A DNA stretch of 64,000 nt. It comes from Mobula birostris (lineage: Eukaryota). A program made the position numbers and the translations under genes. The notes beneath the pieces are model-generated. The model did no database searches, was not told where the DNA came from, and saw only the letters and a list, made by a program, of their open reading frames with translations. The stretch covers positions 14,219,884 to 14,283,883 of the forward strand of contig NC_092371.1 in assembly GCF_030028105.1 (NCBI RefSeq), read 5' to 3'. The number at the start of each line of letters is the position of its first letter. Position 1 is the first letter of the stretch. This document shows, in pieces, positions 49,071-62,670 of the stretch.

Positions 49071-49709
49071 CAGGATTACGCAGGATTCGTTGAAGTGACA
49101 TTAAATATGGATGCAGATCCTGTTGGAGTGGCCAGTGCCCCAAGAATATGTTCATCTGGTGTTATATTTCTATTTATTTATTTAAAATTGATTGTTGTTC
49201 ACATTGCGCTTCTCGTGTTCACAGAATGTAACATGGGGCACAGTATACGAGGTTAATTTCCACAAATATGCTGGTTGTGGGCTGCAGTGTCTTCAATGTG
49301 ACATATAACATTAATGCTGAGAGGCTGACCTTTGGGCAGCAGCGTCCAAACAACGAAAACAGGAAACCCACACAGAGGTTATAATTCGGTCACGTTTTCC
49401 ACTTTAACTGTTAACTGTTGCTGCAACTGTTTATCAGTATTTGAAGCGCCTGAAAATGAAATAGATGCATTGTGAGTGAGTCTGCCTACGATTTCCACAG
49501 TAGTTGTTCACTGTACGTCTATGATGACAGCTCGTCCTGCTGCCTTTGTATCAGGGTCTGATTCAATTCCTTGTTTCTGAAGGTCAATTCCCTCTCGAAC
49601 ACCGATTTGGTTATGGCACAATGCGGCTATTTCGGTCCAAAACCAGCAGTTGTGCTTTGAATTGAAAATTAAGTCCATTTCACTCTTTGTCCCTTATCAC
49701 TCTTCAGTT

Positions 49710-49737
49710 CTGATGAAGGGCCTCGGCCCGAAACGTT
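49710..49737 (+). ncRNA. Minimal hammerhead ribozyme motif (solo Penelope repeat)
   Basis: CTGATGA-AGGGCCTCGGCCC-GAAAC-GTT. Confidence 0.6.
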
Positions 49738-50139
49738 AACGGTTTATCTTTGTCCAAAGAATCTACCGGAATTCTGAGTGTTTCAGAATTTGGTGAGTCT
49801 ACTCTGAAAGTCGCTACCTCTCATAAGGGCGCCCTAATGGCGACTCTTCTTCTTCTTAACCCCTACTGCATTATAGGCCGCTGACAGCATCTTTACAGAA
49901 TCCTTTGTCCTGGGCCAGTCTTTCAAATTGTCCCCAGGCGGAGCCCACCTTCGAAAAAGTTGGACCACCCGCGATGAACTTTGCCCACCCATGCATGTGG
50001 CCTTTGGGACTTCGGTTGGCGTATCTGTAGGTATGTGTTTTTACGGGATGGGGTTGTTAGTCCCATGTCCAAGCCTCAGCCTTTCGCAACCGGGCGTGAG
50101 GCGGCCCCTGTAGAATTTAACTGCTGCTTCTGCTTTCAC

Positions 50140-52060
50140 GTAACTCATGAGAGCATAAGAAATAGGAGCAGGTGTAGGCCATCTAGTACGTCGAGCCTAC
50201 TTCGCCATTCAATAAGATCATGGCTGACCTGGCCATGGACTCATCTCCATCTACCTGCCTTTCCACAACGATCCTTAATTCTCCTACTATGCAGAATATA
50301 TCCGACCTTGTCTTAAATATATTTGCTGAGGTAGCCTCCATTGCTTCATTGGGTAGAGAATTCCACCGCTCCTCTGCACCGCCTCCAAAGCCAGTATATC
50401 TTTCCTCACCAGATCCTTGTACAATTGCAGCATAACCTCCCTGCTCTTGAATGCAATTCCTCCAACAATGAAGTCCAACATTCCATTTGCCTTCTTGATA
50501 GCCTTCTGCAGCTGCAAACCAATCTTTTGTGATTCATGTACAAATACTCCCAAGTCTCCTTTTGCATACTGAAAGATTTTACCGTTTAAATAATAATCAG
50601 TTCTTTCGTTTTCCCTTCCGAAGTTAATGACCTCGCATTTGTCAAGACTGTACTCTATCTTCCAGACCCTTGCCCAGTCACTTGACATACCTATATATAT
50701 CTGCAGACTCTCCGTATCTTCTGCACAATTTGTTTTTCCACTCAATTAGTATAATCAGCAAACTTAGATACACTGCACTCGATCCCGTTTTCCAGATTGT
50801 TAATGTCTATCGTGAATAGTTGCGGGCCCAGCACCAACCCCTGCGGCACTCTGGTCACCACTGATTGCGAACCACAGAAACAAATGTCCCAGCTCTCTGC
50901 TTTCTATTAGTTAACAATCCTTTATCTATGGTAATACTTCACCCCCTACTCGATACATCCTTATCTTATAGATTAGTCTTTTATGCGGCACCTTATCGAT
51001 CACCTTCTGACAGTCCAAATATTTAACGTCCAACTATTCCCCTCTATCCACTGTGCTCGTTATATCCTCAAAGATCTCCAGTACATTTGTCAAACAGGAC
51101 CTGCCTTTGCTGAATCCATGTTGCGTTTCCCTGATTGATCCATTTTTTTCAATTTCGTCTTTAATGATAGTTTCAACTATTTTCCACGCTACAGATGTTA
51201 AACTAACTGGCCTATAGTTGCCTGTCTTTTGCCTACATCCTTTTCTGAGCAGTGGCGTGACATACGCCGATTTCAATCCGTCGGGACCTGTCCACAGTAC
51301 AGGGAGTTTGGTAAATTATTATCAAAGCTCTAATGTAACTTCTACCATTTCTTTCAGTACTCTGGGATGCATTCCATCAGGACCAGGGGACTTGTCTATT
51401 TTTAGGCCCACAAGTTTGTTCAACACTAACGTTTTAGTGATAGCTATTGGATTGAGGTCCTCGCCTCCCATCGCATCCATAACATCTCTTTTGGCATGTC
51501 AGACGTGTCCTGCACCTTGAAGGCAAACACAACATAGTCCTTCAAAGCCTCTGCCATTTTCTCATTACCCAATATCAAGTTCACTTTGTCGTCCTCCAGG
51601 GGACCTGCCTACACTTTAGCCACCCTTTTCTGCTGTTTATAATTATAAAAAAAGTTACTATCCGTTTTTATATATTGTCCTAGTTCATATTCATAATTTA
51701 GCTTCCCGTTCTTTATTGTTCACTTAATGGTTCTTTGTTGATTTTTTAAGTGTCTCCAATCTTCCAGTTTCTCACTAGTCTTGGTGATTTTTTATGCACG
51801 AGCTTTTAATTTGTTGCCTTCTTTTATTTCCTTACTTATCCAAGGCTGGCTCTCTGCACCTTTACTTTCCTTGCTTTTAACTGGAATGTACTTTTTGTTG
51901 AGGACATCTTTGTTGAACTCGCTCTCACTTCTCTCCATGCCACCCATTGCTATCTACTTCCGTTTCTTTCCCACTTGTGTGACCAACAAGTTTGATGTTA
52001 AATCTGCTGCTACTGATTACTGCCTCGTGCGAGTTCCGCCTTGTTCTCAATCTGAAAGTT
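50140..52060 (-). mobile_element. CR1-type LINE RT fragment
   Basis: GNYRPVSLTSVAWK and QHGFSKGRSCLTN motifs. Confidence 0.85.
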
Positions 52061-53859
52061 TTATATATTTCCCGATTTCCAGGTTGGATTCATTAGGGAT
52101 GATCGTTATGACCTCTCCTCCAACCCAGTCTTGCAGTCAGCCACTATTCTCCAGCTTGTCAAAAACACACGAGAATCAGCAGATGCTGGAAACCGTGTGC
52201 AGCACAAACAAAATGCTGGAGGAACTTATTAAGTCAGGCAGCATCTATGAAGGTGACCTGATGAAAGTACTGGGCCCGAAACATCGACTGCTCATTCCCC
52301 TTCATAGATACTTCCTGATCTGCTGAATTCCTTCAGCACTTTGTGTGTGTGTGTGTGTGTGTGTTCCTTACTCCCAACAAACTATTTGATAAAGTTGGCT
52401 TCCTCTTTCGCCTTTTTTTTTTGTTAATCGGTATCATCTCTAAGTTCTAGTGCCGCCCTGGTGAAACTCCTACTATGGTACCTTTTCCAAAGCCTGTAAT
52501 ATTGTGCAGATCAAATCCAGGGAGCTTATAGAAATACATGGAAATACACGTAACTTCACTGAACTGTTTTCTTTTTGTGGCTAGTTGGGTGAGAGGTGTG
52601 GGTCGGCTAAGAGGGAGAAGCCTTGGGATGGAAACATTATTAGCAATTCATTTTTGATCCGTAGAAGTTGAACATTACACCGGGGTTTACCCCACTTCAG
52701 ACTGCACCTCACCAAATGCACTGAATTCATTTGCAATAACATTTGGAACGCTGGCTTTCGTACACTCAATAGTCGTTTTATTATGTGTACTTATTAACGT
52801 GTCTGCCAAGTGCATGCTCGTGCTCTTGAATTTTGAATCACTCCAGGATTCGACGTGTTGTGCATCCATAAAAGCTCCTTTGCACATCGCTGTTGTAACG
52901 CGTGATTATTTGAAATATTGTCGCCTTCCTGTCAGCTTGATCCAGTCTAGCTATTTCCCTCTCATCTCCCTCAGAAACAAGGCGTTGGCGCCCACAAAAT
53001 TGCCACACACTCGATGTTTTTATTTGTTTTCCTTTCCAGACTCGGTTAACTCTAGATATTGTTGTTTATGAAACTCCTTGGAGATCAGTAGTTTCGGAAA
53101 GATGTTATTAAACTGGAAAGAAGGCAGAAAAGGTTTACAAGGGCATTAGGACCCGGGGCACGACTTACATGGATACGTTAGACAGACCCGGACTTCACTC
53201 CTTAAAAAGTGGGAGACTGAGAAGTGATCTTATAGTGGGTATAAAATCACGAAGTGCAAATATGTTGTGAAAGTCTTTATTCACAGAGTTAGGTTATCAA
53301 GAAATGGAGGGCATAGGTGTCAAGTGATAAGGGAAAGAGGAGAGTAACTTTAGGGACAACTTTTTTAAACAAAGGGTGGTATCTGCGTGGATTTGGTTGA
53401 GAGGTGTACAATGAAAACTTTAAAAGGACAGTTAAAGGTACGTACATAGGAATTGTTGCGAGGGATATGGTTCAAGCACAGGCAAGTGGGACATACTTGC
53501 ATGGACCATCTTGATCAGCATGGACCAGTTGGACTGAAAGACTTGTTTCCGTTCTGTGATTCTATGACTCTGCTTATTTAACGCCTGTTTATATAGCTCA
53601 CAGTCATTTTTAATATTACTTATGCGAGGTGGTTTGGGCTTGATGACAATTTCTATGCATCCATTCTAAAAACGTGGGCAACGATGCGAAGAGACGGTCA
53701 TGCATTTCCACAGCGCGTTTCATGTCCTGAATGCTGGCCAGTGGCTTTTCTTTCCTCATGCGGTTTCTGAGACGTGCCAGTCAATGGCAAGATCGGGGAC
53801 TGTAAAGAGAAATGTAAATCTGAATAATCAGTTAGCACAGAACATCCCTGTGGCCATTC

Positions 53860-54420
53860 GTCTTAATAATAAACATACAGTTTTGGATGCAGTTGTGGGG
53901 GAATGACCTCCCAGCAGGTTGCCACGGAGACAGAGTTATTGGCACCGAGCTTGGGTTCATGGTTCAGAAGGGAATGTGGAAGAAGAATGGATCGGTAGTG
54001 ATAGAGGACTCAATGGTCAGGGGAACATACAGGAGTTTCAGTGGACGTGAACAGGACATCCGAATAGTATGTTGTTTCTGAGGTGCCAGAGTCAGGGATG
54101 TCTCGGATCGCGTCTACAAAATTTTGGAGAGTGAGGGAGAGCAGCCAGACGACTTGGTACATATTGGTGCCAATGAGATAGGAAGGAAAAGCAGAGCTGT
54201 CCTGAGAAGAGAATTTAGAGAGCCAGGCAGAAGCTGAGAAGCAGGACCCCCCGGATAGTAATTTCTGGATTGTTGCATGTGCTATGCGCAAGTGAGGGTA
54301 GAAACAGGATGATTTGGCAAATTAATGTGTGGACGAGAAGCTGGTGTATGGGGCATGTCTTCCGGAATATTGGAATCTCTTCAGGGGGAGGTATAACCTG
54401 TTCATAATAATATTGTTTAC
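53860..54420 (+). mobile_element. CR1 ORF1 (esterase-like) fragment
   Basis: DSMVRGT...PGARV...VHIG-like remnants. Confidence 0.65.
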
Positions 54421-54429
54421 TGCCTTAAT

Positions 54430-55780
54430 GACTATCGCCCAGTAGCATTTACATCTACAGTAATGAAATGAAGAAATGTCATGACTAGACTGAACTCCTG
54501 CCTCAGCAAGGATCTGAACTAATTTCAATTTGCCTTTGCCACAATAGGTCAACGGCAGGTGCAATCTCAATGCGTCCTCACACGGCTTTAGACCAACTGG
54601 ACAACACAGTCACCTATACTGTTCACCGACTATAGCTCACCATTTAATACCATCATTCCCACCATCCTGATTGAGAAGTTACAGAACCTGGGCCTCTGTA
54701 CCTGCCTCTGCAAGTGGATCCTCGATTTCGTAACCAGAAGACCACAATCTGCGCCGATTGTGATAACATTTTCTCCACCCCGCGATCAACACAGGTGCAC
54801 CTCAGGGGTGTGTGCTTAGCCCACTGCTGTACTCTCTATATACACATGACTGCGTAGATAGGCATAGCTCAAATATCATTTATAAATTTGCTGACGTTAC
54901 TGCGATTGTTGGCAGAATCTCAGGTGGTGACGAGAGGGCGTACAGGAGTGAGATATGCCAACTAGTGGAGTGGTGTCGCAGCAATAATCTGGCACTCGAC
55001 GTCAGTAAGACGAAAGAGCTGATTGTGGACTTCCGGAAGGGTAAGACGAAGGAACACATAGCAATGCTCACAGAGGGATCAGAAGTAGAGAGAGTGAAAA
55101 GTTTCAAGTTCCAAGGTGGCAAGATCTCTGAGGATGTAACCTGGTCCCAACATATGAATGCAGTTATAAAGAAGGCAAGACAGCGGCTATACTTCATTCG
55201 GAGTTAGGAGAGATTTGAAATTTCAACAAATACAGTCAAAAACCTCTATAGATGTACCATGGAGGGTATTCTGACAGCCTACATCACTGTCGGGTATAGA
55301 AGGGGTGCGACTGCACAGGACCAAAAAAATTTGCAGAGGGTTGTAAATTTGGTCGGCTCCATCTTGGGTACTAGCCAACGAAATATCCAGGACATCTTCA
55401 AGGAGGCAGCGTGTGTTATTAAGGACATCCAGCAGCCAGGGCATGTCCTTTTCTCACTCTGTTACCATCGGATAGGAGGTATGGAAGCCTGAAGGCAAAC
55501 ACTCAGTAATACAAGAACAGCTCGTTCCCCTCTGCCGTCCGATTCTGAAATCGACATTGATTCCTTGCACACTACCTCACTTTTTAATATATATTATTTG
55601 TAGATTTTACACGATTTAAAATCTATTCAATATACGTATATTGTAACTTATTCATTTGTTTATTATTTATTATTATTTTATTTTGTTATTTTTCTTCGAT
55701 ATTATGTATTGCATTGAACGGGTTCTGTTAAGTTAACAAATTTCATGTCACACGCGGGTGATAATAAACCTGATTCTGAT
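54430..55780 (+). mobile_element. Rex1/L2-type LINE 3-prime fragment
   Basis: [13 protein letters not shown]...KFADVT...KKARQRLYF motifs; tail with aataaacctgattctgatt. Confidence 0.85.
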
Positions 55781-56740
55781 TAAAAAGTGATGAGTTGCAC
55801 GTGAACAAAAAGGGTGCCAGCAGGTTTGTTAGAACTGTTGGGAAGGTTTAAACTAATTTGCGCTGGGGGAGGTGGTGGAGGGAGGGGGAGGTGGGAATCG
55901 GAGTGAAGGGACCCAGGTTTGGATGAATGGTGATAAAGCAAAGATAGCGTGCAGTGTGCAGGAAGGGCAGGTAGATGATAGGACGTAATTACGGACAGCA
56001 GGGTGAGTATCAGTGCTTTAGGGATGCCGAATCAAAAAGGGTAACAAATACACAACTCAATGTGTTACATCTCAATGCACGGAGTATAAAAATAGGGTAA
56101 ATAATCTCGCTGCAATATAACAGATTGTCAGGTATGGCAATTACAGAATCGTGGTTGAAGGATGGTTGTAGCCGGGAGAAGGATGCCCAAGGTTACACGT
56201 TGTATCGGAGGGATAGGAAGGTAGGCACAGGGGGTGGCATGGCTGCGCTGGTAAAATGGCATCAAACAGTAGAAAGATGTGATTGGAAGATTGTTAAATC
56301 CTTGTGGGCTGAGTTAAGAAACTGCAAGGGTAAAAGGACCCTGATGGCAGTTATATACAGGTCTCCCAACAGCAGCTGGGATGTGGACCATAGATTACAA
56401 CAGGAATTAGAAGACGCGTGTCAAAAAGGTAAAGTTTTGATAGTGGTGGGAGATTTCAACATGCACGTCGATTGGGAAAAACAGGTTGGAAATGGATCTC
56501 AGGAGAGTGAGGTTGTTGAATGCCCACGAGATGGCTTTTCAGAGCAGTTTGTCGTAGAGCATACAAGGGGATCAGCTGTACTGGATTGTAGATGAACCAG
56601 AGATGATTAGCGAGCTTAAGGTAAAAGAACTCTTAGGAGTCAGTTATCAGAATATAATTGAGTTCAACTTGAAAATTAATAGTTGGAAAGAGAAGTCTGA
56701 CGTAGCAGTATTTTAGTGGAGTACAGAAAATTAATGAATG
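55780..56740 (+). mobile_element. CR1 endonuclease fragment
   Basis: AITESWL...YRRDR...VIYRSPN...VGDFN motifs. Confidence 0.85.
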
Positions 56741-57309
56741 AGCTTTTATTGAACTGCAGTTCAGTGAGGGTGGACTTCTCCTCTTAATCTCTCCTCGTTG
56801 CATGAAACCCATGTCCCACTATTTAATGAAACCATATTGCATAGTCCCTGATGGATGGGTCTTCTACTGTAGGAAGGGAGGGCTGGGCTGACTGGATAGT
56901 TCAACGAACGGAGGTTGAGTAGACAGGCCAAAATAAGCGACAGTGCAGAATGAGTTTAGTGAAAAGTGAGCAGCCCGAAAGACAATCATGAGAGAGCCCG
57001 GCAATGCCAGATTGCTTCCGAGAGAGCCTCCGATTAGCGTCACACCACGGACATTTGGAAATAAGAAGAGCGATGTCTTCATTTTGGAAAAGCCGTGGGT
57101 TCTATATTTTCTTTTCCCATGAGTGGATGGGTTGGTTGATTGGCACCCGTTTGTCTCGAACGACAAGGGATAATGACAATCATCATCACAAGCTTAGGCG
57201 GTGGGCCTGCAAATTCTGAGATCCTAGTCGCCAAGATCACCCTCTCGCCTTTCCAAAGGAAAGCTTATGAAACAATACTTTTGGCACCAGTTTGACTCCA
57301 GGAGCTGCC

Positions 57310-58650
57310 GAGTATGTTCAATGACGTCCAGCCAGGTGTGGTGCCAGAGGTCGGAACAAGTACAGTTGTTCTGTAGTTTAAGAAATGTTCCAGGCCGGTG
57401 AGTCTGACACCTGTAGTGGGAAATTTATTGGAACGCACTACTAAAGAACCGTATATATAGCGCAAAGGACCAATTATGATAGTCAGCGTAGCTTTGCGCG
57501 CGGTAGGTTATGTCTAACCAATCTAATACAGCTTTTCGAGGAAGTTTCCAGGAAAATTTATGAAGGGAATGCAGTGGCTGCTGTCTACATGAACGTCAGC
57601 AAACGTTGGACAGGATCCCTTTTGGGAGTTTGGTGAAAAAGTTTCAGTCACCTGGCATGAAATATGAAGCAGCAGGTGGTTTCCTGTCCGACTGAAGGCC
57701 CGTGACGAGTTCTGTGTCGCAAGGATTGATACTCGCCCCGTTGTTGTACATCAGCGAACTGGATGATAATGTGATAAACCGGATTAGCAAATTTGCCGAT
57801 GACTGGGGGTATACTGGACAGTTTGGAAGTCTATCAGAGCTTGCATCGGGGTCTGGTACAGCGGGAAATATGGGCTGAAGAATGGAAGAAGGAATTTAGT
57901 GCAGAAGAGTGTGATGTGTTGCAATTTGGAAGGGCCAACCAGCTCTTACACGCTGAGCGGCAGGGCATTGAGGAGTACAGTAGAACAGGAAACTGGGAAT
58001 GCGGATGAAAGTTGCGTCACAGGCCGATAGGGCTGTGAAGAAAACTCTTGTCATACAGGCCTTGATAAATCCATGGATTCATTAGAGGAGTTGAGGTGTG
58101 GTGTTGAAATTATATAAGATGTTGGTGAGGCCTAAGTTGGAGCATTGTGTGCAGTGTTGGTGACTTGCCCACAGGAAGGATGTTAAGAAGATTGAAAGAA
58201 TGCAGGGAAAATTTTACAAGGATATTTCTGGGAATTGAGGACCTGAGCTATAGGGAATAGTTGAATAGCTTGGGTCTTTATTGCCTGGCAGGTAGAACAC
58301 GGAGGGGTAATTTGATAAAGGTATACAAAATTATGAGGGGTAAATACAAGCGGAGGTTGGTTGAGACTACAAATTGAGGCCATGGGTAAAGGGTGAAACA
58401 TGGAAAAGTTAAGGGGAACATGAGGAGAAACTTCTTCGCTCAGAGGGCAATGAGATGCCAGCTGAAGTTGTGGATGCGAGTTCGATTTCAGCATTTAAGA
58501 ATTTGGAGAGATCCGTGGTTGGGTGAGTTGTGGGTGGGGGCGATGCTCCAGATGCAGGTCGATGGGACGAGGCAGCTTAACATTTCGGCACAGACTCCAG
58601 CAAATGCCTGCTTCTGCGCAGCAGTGTTCTATGACCCAATGAATCACTTG
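57310..58650 (+). mobile_element. Decayed CR1 RT fragment
   Basis: SKFADD motif and CR1 tail remnants. Confidence 0.75.
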
Positions 58651-59925
58651 TTGAATCCCCAAATTAAGAATGTATTGAAGTGAACGGTATTGACAGGTGA
58701 GTGGAGGGTCACAGTATAACGGTATTGGGAAATTGCATTGGCGGAGTAGATGCAGTTTCGTACTTGCACTTCGACGGTTTAGCACTGCGAAATTGTACAA
58801 GCGTCCTAAACCTTATCTACATAAAACATATCGGTTTATATAATCCCCCAGTCGAACAATAGCGATTCTTTCCCAGTATTTCGACGTGACAGCGGTCACT
58901 CAGACAACTGGAAGAAAACAAATGACCCGGTCTGTTTATTTGACTACTCTGTTCTATTCATTACAAGAGAGCCCACAAACAAATAAGTTTATTGATCTTT
59001 CACTTTAGTTGGAATGTCCGAAATTGTGACAGGCGATATGGAAATGAAAACTGATTATTTAGTTAGCTTGTCATCTCTCGTCTGAGACACATTCTCAGTG
59101 CTCTCTGCTACCGCCACATGGTCACTCGTGGAATTTTCAGGAGCTCCCTTTCCCGCTTCTTTGCACCTTACCCACTGCAGGCTAGGCCTGTTCCCAGCTC
59201 CTGACAAATACACTTTAACTTATACAACTAACAAACCACTTGGTTTCAGAATTTGCTGGGTATTATTAGGAATGGAGGTGTACAATACACTGACATACTG
59301 AAATATCATGAGCATTCTAGGCATAATTTTGTTTTTATAATGCCAGAATTCGATTTCACCGATGGAGTAATTCACTGCCTGAAAAGAAGCAAATCAAGTC
59401 CACACATTATCCAGAAGCGTAAGCAAATTCGGATTAATAATACTTCAGAAAAATTGTGAAGACTCCAATCACATTCTTTTCCAGAGAACCTAAATTCCTG
59501 GGCTTCTTCATTTGATTTATGTGTATTTCTGGCCATAAAGTCACCTGTGACTGGAATTTTAGTCTTTGCACCTGTTTGGGCCGTGAGCTTTTCGTCTGCT
59601 CGTTTGCCCCACGAAAGCCAAAAATGTGGAAGTTTCATATCGTGGGTTTAACTTCCCTGCGAGTTTGAAGTTTCAGAGCTGATTTTAATGTGGAGATTAA
59701 GATGATTTGAAATGCAGTTCTGTTGACTGGCTAGAAAGAAGGGGAAAGCTACTGCTTGTTGTTGATGGTGACGGAGGAGTTGAGTTATGGAAAAGTTTAG
59801 AATGAGGGAGATAATCTTGTAAACAAAGGCAGACTGCTCAGCAGTGGCCTCCGGCAGAACCGTTCTTCAAGTTGTGGTGAAATCGGCAACCCTTCCTCAG
59901 AAGCTTCTCGGAACCTGCAATCAGC

Positions 59926-60175
59926 TGTCACCAGGTTTGTATATGGCCCAAGTACAGAGCAAGAGACACTGAAGCGGGTCGATAGTTCACAGACTTGAAG
60001 GCGAAGTTAAAGGGAAAAGAAAGCAATAAACGCGAGGGCAAAAAAGACTGTCAACTAAAACTCTCAAATGGAAAACGAAGCATACACTGCGCCTGAACGG
60101 AATAACTAAGTATAAAACGAATACTGCTAGTCTTCAGAGTCAGTTGAATCGACAGTCCAAGTTCTTAGGCAGGGT
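59926..60175. mobile_element. LTR-like repeat, second copy of 9584-9835
   Basis: TGTCACC...ATATGGCCCAAG...GAGACACTGAAGC shared with the first copy. Confidence 0.5.
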
Positions 60176-62039
60176 CGAATGCAAGCAGGCAGCGAAGCGT
60201 TGCTGTGCTAGGTTCAAGTCCCGACAAGCACAAAGACGGAAAGAATGGAGTCAAATACTATCACAATGAGATAATAATTAGCTGGCATGTGCATATCCAC
60301 GTGCGCAATTGCCGTATCTAATGTACTGCCGAATCCGTGGTTATGACATCAGTTCTGTATGTCAAAGTAGAGATTGCTTAAGTACCCCAAAGTAAAGAGA
60401 TTTGGGATCAAATTGCAAAGTTCAAAGTAATTTTAATATCAAAGTACACATATATCACCGTATATGAAGCTGGTGGAGATAATAAGTAAATCAACGAACC
60501 ACAACATAATCAATGAAAGACCGCACCCAATAGAATGGAAATACACCCTGCTAGCAGAAGACAACAACCTGTGTAAAAACAAAATAAAAGTAAAAAAATA
60601 AGTAAATAAAGAACCAATACATAGAGAACATGAGTAAAGACAGCATGGTTTGGGTGGTGTGTGTGATGGACTTGACGGTATCTGTTACTTTCTGTAGGAT
60701 TTTCCGTTGAACGGCATTGGTGCGTTTCCATGCGAGGCCGTGAGGCAAACAGTCATTACACCCTCCACTACACACCCATGGAAGTTTGCGCAAGTTTTGG
60801 ATGTCATGCCGATACTTAGGAAGCTTCTAAGGAAGTAGAGACGGTGCCATGCTTTCGTTGTAACTGCAACAAACCTTCCACGTCCGCAAAATCTGCTTTC
60901 TGTTCCCCTGCTATAGAGTGCCCGATGATGACAGCTCTCCTCTTCTCCGTCCCACCCTTCTGCACCACAGGGTCAGACTCAGTGCCAGAGGACCTGCCAC
61001 CGTGGCTCACCCCTGGTCAGTTGTCTCCGCCAACAGTATCCAGGACGGTATACTTTTTATTCAGAGGAATGGCTACAGGGTGCTGTGAACTATCTGTCTA
61101 CTCACCTTCGCTTTCCCCCCTCTGACTGTCACCCAGTGACCTGCTTCCGGCAGCCTAGGTGTGACTACCTCCCTATAGCTCTCATCTATGACTGCCTCAT
61201 TCTCCCTTATAAGTCAAATCTGCTGCTCCAGATTCCTTACACGGTCTTCCACGTGATTGATTAACGTTATAGGTAAGATTATGGCTTTTGCATTCAAGAT
61301 AAACCGTGATGATAATCTGGCACTATCTTAAAGTTAGGTGGTTGAGGATCCACTCAGTTTTATTGACGCCTCTGGTCATTATTCCGTACAACAATCTTGT
61401 AACGCATGGTTATATCAGTTGCTGTCGCTTTCCTGTCAGCTCGCATTAGTATAGTCATGCTCCTCTGACCTATCTCATTAACAAGGTGTTTTCGTCCACA
61501 GACCTGTCGTTCACCGGGTTTTATTTTTGCTTCATTCTCTGTACACTTTCAGAAAATTTTGTTGCAGAAAAATCCAGGAGATACGCAGTTTCCGAGATAC
61601 CCAAACCACCCCGTCAGGCACCCTCAATCATGTCAGGTTTAATGCCACGAAGATCCTCATTTTGATGTTGGGTCTCCACAATAAACGAACCTCTTGACCA
61701 TGTCTGAATTCTTCCATGGATTGAGTTGCTGCCACAGGACTTGTTGATTAGATATTTGCAGTAACGATTAGCAATACCTAATAAAGTGGGCACTGAGTGT
61801 ATACGTTAGTTGTGGGTATGATGTACTGACATCCAAAGCATTGCGACGTTTGTGGGTTGCTTTGGACTGTGCTGGTTGTTAACCCAAACATCGTATTTCA
61901 CTGTGTGTGCCGACATATATGTGACAAATAAGACGAATCACATCCTTGCCTTTTTTCTTGGAATAACACGATATATTATGAAAGCGAGACTAAAGAGTTT
62001 AGTCCCATAGACGCACAATTAAATCCCATAGACACACTA

Positions 62040-62670
62040 TTAAATTCCCACTCGGCGGGAGGAGAGAGAAGCAGCGCGCCGCGCGTGCGCAGCCCTCCGG
62101 TGAAAAATGATATCGTATCCGTTAAATAGGGGCCGTGGACAATTCTGATTTGACGGAGATAGACGTGAAATTACAAAGGAACATCTGGAAAAAATTCTGA
62201 AACTCTGGTTCGCTGCTGTCGTTACTGCGCGGTCGGGAAACTTGCGGAGGAAAGGCCTCAAAATCCCTGGCTTTGCCTGCTGTTGGCGACCGAGATGGAG
62301 GTCGAATCGTTCGGATCGAGATGGCGCTCAGTACTCGGTGTCGGAGAGCTGATCAGAGCTCGAAGTTTTCGGATGACTCAGAGTCGGACCGTGGTCGGCT
62401 ATGGCAGGGAGAGTTTTTCTCTTTCTGCGTGAGATGTGGGACATTTGAGAGACTTCGAACTTTTACTGTGCTCATGGACTTCTTCATCAAGTTATAGTAT
62501 TGTTGCACTGTTGTAACTATATGTTATAATTATGTGGTTGTGTTAGTGTTTTTCAGTCTTGGTCTGTCCTGTGTTTTGTAATATCACACCGGAAGAAATA
62601 TTGTATCATTTCTTAACGTATACATTACTAAATGACAATAAAAGAGGACTGCGTGTCTGCATAATCTAAA
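62040..62670 (+). mobile_element. Unclassified non-coding retroposon-like repeat with a GC-rich head and an AATAAA/poly-A tail
   Basis: CpG-rich start, ends aatgacaataaaagagg...ctaa(a)n; no coherent ORF. Confidence 0.45.

Noticed and set aside
53690-53830. Strong minus-strand acceptor near 53800 as a terminal exon
   Set aside because: Phase unknown, no motif, and no linkable upstream exon.
56760-57240. Minus-strand ORF 56864-57166 with a mildly hydrophobic stretch
   Set aside because: Weak TM character, no convincing splice pair, and it sits between CR1 fragments.
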